Shown piece by piece: positions 10,474 to 17,177 of a stretch of 64,000 nt of DNA (position 1 is its first letter; every line of letters starts with the position of its first letter). The stretch lies in assembly GCF_947036865.1 (NCBI RefSeq), contig NZ_CAMQSF010000018.1:976-64975 (forward strand). Reading direction: 5' to 3'. Position numbers and translations under genes: made by a program. The notes below the pieces were generated by a model. The model worked only from the letters and a program-made list of their open reading frames with translations. It ran no database searches and was not told the DNA's origin. This DNA comes from an uncultured Caulobacter sp. (GTDB taxonomy: Bacteria; Pseudomonadota; Alphaproteobacteria; Caulobacterales; Caulobacteraceae).

Positions 10474-11455
10474 CGCCGCGGCCGTGTGGTTCGCGCGACT
10501 GCAAGGCGGCGATGTCTCCCTCCAGGAACGACGCGACTTTCAACGGTGGCTCGGCGCCGACGCGCGACACGCCGAGGCCTGGGCCTCGGTCGGGGCCACC
10601 TGGCATGGTCTGTCGAGCGTCGAGGATGATCCGGCGTTCACGGCTCTGCGCGCCGACGCGCTGAGCGTCGATGCGTCGCGCGCGCGCCGTTTCAACCGGC
10701 GCGATCTGGGCTTGGCGGCGGCCGGCCTCGTGGCGGTCGCCGGCGCGGCGGCCCTGGGCTGGCGTCGCCTGGCCGGCCGAGACGAGGCCCCCGCCGTCGT
10801 CGACGAGCCGGTCTTCACTACCGCCGTGGGCGAGCGCTCGACGTTTCGCCTGGCCGACAATTCGGTGGTCACCCTCAGCACCGACTCCGCCGTCCGGGTC
10901 AATCACTGGGATCGCGAGCGCAGGCTGACGCTGTTGAAGGGCCAGGCCTATTTCCAGGTCGCCAAGGACAAGACCCGTCCGTTCATCGTGACCGCCGGGG
11001 ACAAGTCCGTGACCGCGGTCGGCACCGCCTTCGACGTGCGCCTCGAGCCCGGCAAGCTGTCGGTGACCCTGGTCGAGGGCCGCGTGCGGATCGCCGGCGC
11101 CTCGCCCAACGGCCCCCGCCGCGTCGAGATGTCCGCCGGTTCGCGCTTGGTGGCCGACGATCGCGCGGACTGGACGATCGCGACCGTCGACACCGCCAAG
11201 GCGGCGGCCTGGCTTCAGGGGCGTCTCGTCTTCGACGGCGAGCCCCTGTCGGCCGTCGTGGCGGAGATGAACCGCTTTTCCGATCGCAAGCTGGACATCG
11301 CCGATCCCGCCCTGGCCGCGACGTCGGTGAGCGGGGTCTTCAAGACCGGGCAGGTCGACGCGTTCGTCGCGGCGCTGCGCAGCTACGGCCTGGTCGAAGT
11401 CGGCCACAGCGACGAGCGGCATATCGAGCTGGTCCGCCCGGCGCGCGGCGCCTGA
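10427..11455 (+). CDS. FecR-family anti-sigma factor / signal transducer
   Basis: N-terminal AAVWFARLQGGDVSLQERRDFQRWLGADARHAEAW, a single TM segment (LGLAAAGLVAVAGAAALGW), then a FecR periplasmic domain. Overlaps the sigma gene by 47 nt, so the start is uncertain. Confidence 0.85.
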   Translation: MTSTRSEKERPEDPASAAAVWFARLQGGDVSLQERRDFQRWLGADARHAEAWASVGATWHGLSSVEDDPAFTALRADALSVDASRARRFNRRDLGLAAAGLVAVAGAAALGWRRLAGRDEAPAVVDEPVFTTAVGERSTFRLADNSVVTLSTDSAVRVNHWDRERRLTLLKGQAYFQVAKDKTRPFIVTAGDKSVTAVGTAFDVRLEPGKLSVTLVEGRVRIAGASPNGPRRVEMSAGSRLVADDRADWTIATVDTAKAAAWLQGRLVFDGEPLSAVVAEMNRFSDRKLDIADPALAATSVSGVFKTGQVDAFVAALRSYGLVEVGHSDERHIELVRPARGA

Positions 11456-11580
11456 AGACCGCGCCAGAAGTTTTCTCGAGCGCGAGGTGAGGTGGCGGCG
11501 GCCTGCTGCGTCTTAACGATCGACCGCCTCCGTTCCATCGTCCGGCGGCGCGATCCTTCGCCTTACGGGGAAACGTTCCA

Positions 11581-13065
11581 ATGAAGCTGTCCGCCCTCAA
11601 GCTCGCCCTGCTGTCCGCCACGGTGGCCAGCGGGCTCCTCGCGCCGCAGGCCTTCGCCAAGCCGGTCACCGACGCCGAGAAGACCCAAATCCTCAAGCTC
11701 GTCGACGCCGACGCGGCCAATATCAAGGACGCGGCCCTGAAGATCTGGGGCTTCGCCGAGGTCGGCTATCAGGAGACCAAGAGCACGGCGCTTTTGCAGG
11801 ACCAACTCAAGGCCGCGGGCTTCGAGGTCAAGGCCGGCGTGGCGGGCGAGCCGACCGCGTTCATCGCCAGCTTCAAGAACGGCGCGGGACCGGTCGTCGC
11901 CATCCTGGCCGAGTTCGACGCCCTGCCCGGCCTGGCCCAGACCGCCGATCCGGTGAAGACCGGCATTCCCGGACAGATCGCCGGCCACGGCTGCGGCCAC
12001 AACCTGTTCGGCGCCGCCTCGGTCGGCGCGGCCGTCTCGCTCAAGGCCTGGATGGTCAAGAACGACATCAAGGGCGAGTTGCGCGTCTATGGCACGCCCG
12101 CCGAGGAAGGCGGCTCGGGCAAGGTCTATTTCGTGCGCGACGGCCTGTTCAACGATGTCGACGTGACCCTGCATTGGCACCCCGCCAATGCCAATTCCGC
12201 CGTCCAAGGCGTCTCGATGGCCAATATCAGCGGCAAGTTCCGCTTCCACGGCGTCTCGGCCCACGCCGCCGCCGCGCCCGAAAAGGGTCGTTCGGCCCTG
12301 GACGGCGTCGAGATCATGGACGTGGCGACGAACTTCCTGCGCGAACACACGCCCGACAAGACCCGTATCCACTACGTGATCACGAACGGCGGCGCCGCGC
12401 CGAACGTCGTGCCCGACTTCGCCGAGGTCTATTACTACGTCCGCCATCCGGACCCGGCCGTGGTCAGGGACGTGTGGGCGCGGGTCGAAAAGGCCGCCGA
12501 AGGCGCGGCGCTGGCCACCGGCACGACGGTCGAAAAGGAGATCACCGGCGGCGTCTACGCCCTGCTGCCCAACGACACGCTCGGCCGGGTCATGGACGCC
12601 AACCTGCGCAAGGTCGGCGGCATCACCTGGACGCCCGAGGAGATCGCCTTCGCCAAGAAGCTCCAGACCTCGCTGGTCAACCCGCCCTCGATCGATACGG
12701 TCAAGAGCGTCCAGCCCTACAAGATCGAGCTGGAAGGCGGCGGCGGCTCGACCGACGTCGCCGACATCAGCTGGGTGACCCCGACGGTGGGCCTGGGCAC
12801 GGCGACCTTCGTGCCGGGCTCGGCGGGCCACAGCTGGCAGAATGTCGCCGCCGCCGGCTCGTCGATCGGCGTGAAGGGCGCGGTGAACGCCGCCAAGACC
12901 CTGGCTCTGACCGGCGCGGACCTCTTCGCGAACCCCGACATCGTCAAGAAGGCCAAGGCCGAGCTGATCGAGCGCCGTGGCCCGAACTTCACCTACAAGG
13001 CCATGCTCGGCGACCGTCCGCCGGCCCTTGATTATCGCAAGCCCGCCGGCGGTGCGCACGAGTAG
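11581..13065 (+). CDS. Secreted M20-family amidohydrolase (AbgB-like)
   Basis: Signal peptide MKLSALKLALLSATVASGLLAPQAFA. Metal-binding motif GHGCGHNLFGAASVG. Length and architecture resemble p-aminobenzoyl-glutamate hydrolase subunit B. Confidence 0.85.
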   Translation: MKLSALKLALLSATVASGLLAPQAFAKPVTDAEKTQILKLVDADAANIKDAALKIWGFAEVGYQETKSTALLQDQLKAAGFEVKAGVAGEPTAFIASFKNGAGPVVAILAEFDALPGLAQTADPVKTGIPGQIAGHGCGHNLFGAASVGAAVSLKAWMVKNDIKGELRVYGTPAEEGGSGKVYFVRDGLFNDVDVTLHWHPANANSAVQGVSMANISGKFRFHGVSAHAAAAPEKGRSALDGVEIMDVATNFLREHTPDKTRIHYVITNGGAAPNVVPDFAEVYYYVRHPDPAVVRDVWARVEKAAEGAALATGTTVEKEITGGVYALLPNDTLGRVMDANLRKVGGITWTPEEIAFAKKLQTSLVNPPSIDTVKSVQPYKIELEGGGGSTDVADISWVTPTVGLGTATFVPGSAGHSWQNVAAAGSSIGVKGAVNAAKTLALTGADLFANPDIVKKAKAELIERRGPNFTYKAMLGDRPPALDYRKPAGGAHE

Positions 13066-13095
13066 CGATCGTCCGCCCCCCCACGGCGATCGCCA

Positions 13096-13129
13096 GCGGC
13101 CGGCGCGCTCCCCCCTTAGCGCCGGCCGC
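13096..13129 (+). terminator. Stem-loop downstream of peptidase gene (11-bp perfect stem)
   Basis: gcggccggcgc (13096-13106) / gcgccggccgc (13119-13129) with a 12-nt loop. No U-tract, so terminator function is inferred only from position. Confidence 0.4.
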
Positions 13130-13263
13130 GCCCTATCGAGCTTCATGAAGTTCGGCGCGACCAGAACAGCGGCCATCGGCGCGGAGCGCTTCCCGGCGCT
13201 GGCGCGCCCGGCCAAACCGCGTCCGCCACGGACCGGGACCAGAGACCCGGCGGCGAAATAGTG

Positions 13264-13273
13264 GTGGCGCGCC
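13264..13273. repeat. att-like direct repeat of tRNA-Arg 3' end (GTGGCGCGCC; partner at 15046-15055)
   Basis: Exact 10-mer at both positions. The following bases are only loosely similar (cttgtcgaatgaaacc versus cctgcaggattcgaacc). Confidence 0.35.
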
Positions 13274-13365
13274 TTGTCGAATGAAACCGATAACTACGAG
13301 TACGCTATTGTACTCTAAGGGCTTTCTAGAGCGGACAAAGGATATAGACGCTGTCGACGGCAGCT

Positions 13366-13792
13366 TCACGAAGAACGGCACGATATTGAGGCTACGGCAG
13401 GCGTAGGTTCATCACATTCGTCCGTCTCAGCGACGCGACCCAGCCTATCCAGCGCCTCGACGACACCCGACCACGGCGCCGCCAGGTAGAACAGCACCGC
13501 TTGTGCAGCTTGCGCCCCCCCAACCGCCGGTTACCCATCCTGTCAGTAGATCTCCCGCCGTCGCGGAGAAGTTGAAAAGATTGACGTCGGGAAGAACTCG
13601 ATCCGTTCCCCTATAAGCAATAACCGCCTGCCCCCCCCCATTCATAAGCCTGAGCAGAAAAGGACGTTAACAGATCAGACGAATTGCTTCTCATCACTGC
13701 GTGTCCGAAAGCGTGCTCGTTTATTATGACGCCCGGCCCCGTCCCCGATTATAGGCATCCATGGATAGAACGGCGAGAAGATCGCAATTCAT
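13366..13792 (-). pseudogene. Frameshifted, 3'-truncated class-3-lipase-like gene remnant
   Basis: Own three-frame reading of the minus strand: MNCDLLAVLSMDAYNRG / GTGPGVIINEHAFGHAVMRSNSSDLLTSFSAQAYEWGG / QAVIAYRGTDRVLPDVNLFNFSATAGDLLTGWVTG / GGAQAAQAVLFYLAA... The Y-R-G-T-D motif resembles the lipase_3 RGT motif. No GHSLGG nucleophile elbow was found downstream. Two frame breaks coincide with C9 (13631-13639) and C7 (13515-13521) runs. Confidence 0.35.
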
Positions 13793-13806
13793 CGAATTAT
13801 CCCCCG

Positions 13807-14463
13807 TTAAGCCCAGTAATCAGGAAGATTAAAAGAATATACGTCCGGCGACTCCGAGATAGTCTGATTATTGAGGATGTCGTATCTCAGCGCACGAATC
13901 CACGGCAGCTTCTTGGAAATACCACTCGTCTTCAGCCTCCAAGTCTTCTCGACCCATGCGGCAGAAATACGCGCACCATATCCATATCTTTCCGAAAGTT
14001 CATTCGGCTTCACAAGAACAGCGCTCGTTTTTCGGTCTATATCATCAAAGTACACGAGCCCAGGCAGCTGGTTTGGCAAGAGCGACACCCTCTTGCCCGC
14101 CCCCTCGAGATACATCGAAGGATCCCAGATGCTGCTTAAACCGTCTCCGTGCGCCCTCAGCAGCACAAACAACGAGGGCAAAGCGCCCACCTCGATCCAG
14201 AAGGCTTTGCCATGGACCGTTGTTTGCCTCAGGGTGGATTGGTCCGGCCATGCCCAGACGTCTTCGCGGACAATTTCACGAATACCGGATCCGGAATATC
14301 TCCGACCGCCGACTTCGATCTCAACGAACAGCTTGTAGCGATAGCCACCTGAAAGCGGCGAACAGCGGGCGAGGCCCAAAAGAGAAAGACCGCCGATGAT
14401 CGCGGCGCGGCGACTTAGGTTTGGCCGCCCGCCACGCACGATCAGCCCCCCTGCTACGGCCAT
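13807..14463 (-). CDS. Hypothetical exported/lipoprotein-like protein (orphan, low GC)
   Basis: A 218-aa ORF in roughly 50% GC DNA, where long chance ORFs are unlikely. GGAG lies 9 nt upstream of the ATG. N-terminus RRAAIIGGLSLLGLARCS is signal/lipobox-like. I recognise no family. Confidence 0.6.
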   Translation of the reverse strand: MAVAGGLIVRGGRPNLSRRAAIIGGLSLLGLARCSPLSGGYRYKLFVEIEVGGRRYSGSGIREIVREDVWAWPDQSTLRQTTVHGKAFWIEVGALPSLFVLLRAHGDGLSSIWDPSMYLEGAGKRVSLLPNQLPGLVYFDDIDRKTSAVLVKPNELSERYGYGARISAAWVEKTWRLKTSGISKKLPWIRALRYDILNNQTISESPDVYSFNLPDYWA

Positions 14464-15046
14464 TAGCGCACTCCACCGCTGCGCGAATTCAATAGCAACT
14501 TCCGGGGCCTGGAGCCATCATCACAACGCCCTAAAATTGTAACTTATTGGCGCAAGCTCCGCGTCGTGAGCGCGACCTACTCGTCATAGGCGGAAGCCCG
14601 GCGGGAAGCCGGTGAACGAGATCAGATGGCACCGCTTGCGGGCAAACTCATCCCCGACTGCCTTAAGCCGCGGCTCAGAAAGGTCGCCGTCCTTACCGGA
14701 CTGGTGGCCGATAGCTTCCGCCAGGCTCTGGTCACGGACTATGCGCCCGAAGCGGACATCGGCCGGCATCGTGGCCGCGCGCCGGTCGTGGCCCTGCCCT
14801 ACTCGCTAATGTTCCGGGCAGTCCGGCGAACGGCCTGACACCGAGGCTCCGCCGCCAGAGCCCAGCGCGCCGTCCGGGGGCGGATAGCGTCCGGCGGGAC
14901 CTGCTCCGCACCGTGGCTCAGCGGGTCGAAATCACCTCGACCACGAGCGCCACCGTGATGGGTTCCAGATCGAACTTCTACGAACATTGGCGTCGAACGG
15001 CGGCGTGGAGACGGCGGTTCTGGACGTTCGTAGTTTGGTACCGAAG

Positions 15047-15123
15047 TGGCGCGCCCTGCAGGATTCGAACCTGCGACCGCTCGCTTAGAAGGCGAGTGCT
15101 CTATCCAGCTGAGCTAAGGGCGC
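15047..15123 (-). tRNA. tRNA-Arg(TCT): tRNA-Arg (anticodon UCU)
   Basis: Manual cloverleaf: GCGCCCT TA GCTC AGCTGGATA GAGC A CTCGC CTTCTAA GCGAG CGGTC GCAGG TTCGAAT CCTGC AGGGCGC G CCA. 77 nt. Confidence 0.95.
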
Positions 15124-15144
15124 GCGCGGGGCGCCGCGAAGACC

Positions 15145-15450
15145 CTAGTGAGTCCAGGGTTGCTTGCGGTTGGCCGCGAAGTTGTCGGCATAGGCCTTGA
15201 TGATCCGCTTGGGCGTCTTGGGCTCGAACAGCTGGAAGGCGATCTCGTGCCGCTGGGCGTAGGCCACGGCTTCGTCTCGCGTCTCGAAGGTCAGGCGGAT
15301 CTGACCGTTCATGTCGCTGGACTGGGTCCAGCCCATCAGCGGGTCGGGCTTGCGCGCCGACGCCGGTTCGAATTCCAGCACCCAGTCCTTGGTCTTGGCC
15401 TTGCCGGACTGCATGGCGTTCTTGGCGGGACGATAGATGCGGGCCAGCAT
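15145..15450 (-). CDS. ETC complex I subunit conserved-region protein (NDUFS4-like)
   Basis: [40 protein letters not shown] matches the bacterial NDUFS4/ETC_C1 family pattern. Confidence 0.85.
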   Translation of the reverse strand: MLARIYRPAKNAMQSGKAKTKDWVLEFEPASARKPDPLMGWTQSSDMNGQIRLTFETRDEAVAYAQRHEIAFQLFEPKTPKRIIKAYADNFAANRKQPWTH

Positions 15451-15476
15451 GGACCTCTCCCAAAAAGCCTTACCGT

Positions 15477-15553
15477 TGGTCGGGGCGGCAGGATTTGAAC
15501 CTGCGACCCTCTGCTCCCAAAACAGATGCGCTACCAGGCTGCGCTACGCCCCG
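15477..15553 (-). tRNA. tRNA-Pro(TGG): tRNA-Pro (anticodon UGG)
   Basis: Manual cloverleaf: CGGGGCG TA GCGC AGCCTGGTA GCGC A TCTGT TTTGGGA GCAGA GGGTC GCAGG TTCAAAT CCTGC CGCCCCG A CCA. Confidence 0.95.
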
Positions 15554-15618
15554 AAACAACGGCAGGCGGGTGCTCTACTAGGGTTCGGAGCGCGGATCAA
15601 CGCACTGAATTTTCTCGA

Positions 15619-16086
15619 TCACCCCTTCGGGAAGATTCGATGCAGGACGCGGTCGCCGGGCAGCACGCCCAGTTGCGCGGCGCGACCGCCGGCGATCTCC
15701 AGCACGCCCAGCACCAGACCGCCCGACGCCAGCGGCGTCTCGTCGTGAGGCCGGGCGTTGCGGGCGATCGACAGGATCTTGCCGTCCGGCTGGATGAAGA
15801 TGATGTCCAGCGGAATCAGCGTGTTCTTCATCCAATAGGCCGCCGGCTGCGGCCGCTTGTAGACGAACAGCATGCCGCGATCAGGGGCCAGGGCCTTGCG
15901 GAACATCAGCCCCCGCTTCTGCTCGGCTAGCGTGGCGGCGATCTCGACCTGGAACCGCGCGCGCCCGCGACCGGTGACGATCTCCACCGTCTCCAGCTTG
16001 GACGCGGCCAGGGCGTCGACGCCGCCGCCAAGGCCGAGCGTCAGCCCGGCCAGCAGCGCGCGCCGCTCGATGATCGGTCCGGGCAT
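15619..16086 (-). CDS. DUF192 domain-containing protein
   Basis: Signal-like N-terminus. RGLMFRKALAPDRGMLFVY..YWMKNTLIPLDIIFI..G is typical of DUF192. Confidence 0.8.
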   Translation of the reverse strand: MPGPIIERRALLAGLTLGLGGGVDALAASKLETVEIVTGRGRARFQVEIAATLAEQKRGLMFRKALAPDRGMLFVYKRPQPAAYWMKNTLIPLDIIFIQPDGKILSIARNARPHDETPLASGGLVLGVLEIAGGRAAQLGVLPGDRVLHRIFPKG

Positions 16087-16142
16087 GCATCCTCGCGTTC
16101 GCGGTTCGGTTCGAACCAGCCTAACGAGCGCGCCGCCGAAAG

Positions 16143-16733
16143 TCAGGCCTCGCCGGCGGTGATTTCCGCGACCACCAGGCCCTTGGGCCCCCGCGCGAAC
16201 CGCACCAGGACGTCGTCGCCCGGCTGCAGGTCCTCGAGGCCGCCCCTACGGAGAGTCTCGATGTGCACGAAGATGTCGCCCGGCTCGGCGTCGCGGATCA
16301 CGAAGCCGTAGCCCTTGGTGCGGTTGAACCACTTGACCTTGGCGCGCTCGGCCGGGCCTTCGGGCGTCAGAGCCCCCCGCCCGTGGCCGTCCCGCAAGCC
16401 CTCGCGGCGCGCCGGTCCGTCGGCGAAGGTTCGCCGCTGACGCTCGATCGGCGCCGGCGCGCTGGTCTCGTCGAGATTGACCACCTCGCTGACCTGCCAG
16501 CCCTTGGGCCGCCGGACCACGTCACAGACGATCACCGCGCCTTCCATGGCCGTCTCGCGACCGCAGTTGCGCAGCGACGTCACGTGCAGAAGCACGTCCT
16601 TGAGCCCGGTCTGTCCCGGATCATCCGGAACGATGAACCCGTAGCCCTTGCCCGCGTCGAACCACTTTACCTTTCCGCTGATGCGAACGAACTCTTCGTG
16701 CGCGACAGCGTCCTCGAAATCATAACCAGACAT
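16143..16733 (-). CDS. Cold-shock protein with two cold-shock domains
   Basis: Two CSD cores: [19 protein letters not shown] and [18 protein letters not shown]. This two-CSD architecture is known from Caulobacter CspC/CspD. Confidence 0.9.
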   Translation of the reverse strand: MSGYDFEDAVAHEEFVRISGKVKWFDAGKGYGFIVPDDPGQTGLKDVLLHVTSLRNCGRETAMEGAVIVCDVVRRPKGWQVSEVVNLDETSAPAPIERQRRTFADGPARREGLRDGHGRGALTPEGPAERAKVKWFNRTKGYGFVIRDAEPGDIFVHIETLRRGGLEDLQPGDDVLVRFARGPKGLVVAEITAGEA

Positions 16734-16787
16734 CCCACCCCTCTGGCTCGCTCAATCAGCCCATCGAAGCGAGCACTACAAGAACAG

Positions 16788-16812
16788 TGTTCTCGCGTGA
16801 GGAGAGCCGTCA
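16788..16812 (-). promoter_or_regulatory. Candidate housekeeping-sigma promoter for the cold-shock gene
   Basis: Minus strand reads TTGACGG-N10-GCGAGAAC. This resembles my recollection of the Caulobacter sigma-73 consensus TTGaCgS-N10-14-GCtANAWC. Sequence match only. Confidence 0.3.
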
Positions 16813-16905
16813 ATGACGAAATCGCGTCAAAATGGGGACCAAACGCGATACGCGACATTTCGCCGCAGACACAGGTTGGAAATAATTGTGAAATACAGCC
16901 GGAGA

Positions 16906-16980
16906 TGGCAGTCCCTAGGGGAGTCGAACCCCTCTCTCCAGATTGAAAATCTGGCGTCCTAACCGATAGACGAAGGGACC
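16906..16980 (-). tRNA. tRNA-Glu(TTC): tRNA-Glu (anticodon UUC), copy 1
   Basis: GGTCCCT TC GTCT ATCGGTTA GGAC G CCAGA TTTTCAA TCTGG AGAG AGGGG TTCGACT CCCCT AGGGACT G CCA. 75 nt. Confidence 0.95.
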
Positions 16981-17024
16981 ACGGCCGCCGAAGCGACGCA
17001 TCGTCAAGACTTTGGCCTCGCGGG

Positions 17025-17099
17025 TGGCAGTCCCTAGGGGAGTCGAACCCCTCTCTCCAGATTGAAAATCTGGCGTCCTAACCGATAGACGAAGGGACC
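17025..17099 (-). tRNA. tRNA-Glu(TTC): tRNA-Glu (anticodon UUC), copy 2 (identical to copy 1)
   Basis: Same 75-nt sequence as 16906-16980, 44 nt away. Confidence 0.95.
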
Positions 17100-17177
17100 A
17101 CGGCCCCGCGAGGAAGCGGGTGTATAGCCGCGACCTTGGGGGTGCGCAAGCCGCGGAAAGTCATTTTTTCGGCCGGC

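Larger units (their letters stand above)
13264..15046. mobile_element. Degenerate tRNA-Arg-associated genomic islet (remnant, no intact recombinase)
   Basis: G+C drops sharply: single 60-nt lines hand-counted at 28/60, 30/60 and 33/60 versus 40/60 in the flank. One edge is the tRNA-Arg 3' end. The other edge carries a 10-nt copy of that end. Confidence 0.45.

Noticed and set aside
11563-13215. 550-aa minus-strand ORF
   Set aside because: It is antisense to the M20 amidohydrolase gene, which has a signal peptide, RBS and catalytic motifs. It has no motifs of its own.
14584-14838. Overlapping 61-aa (minus) and 70-aa (plus) ORFs as a possible toxin-antitoxin pair
   Set aside because: They occupy the same DNA on opposite strands and have no recognisable TA motifs. 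The minus-strand frame is more simply read as integrase debris (see findings).
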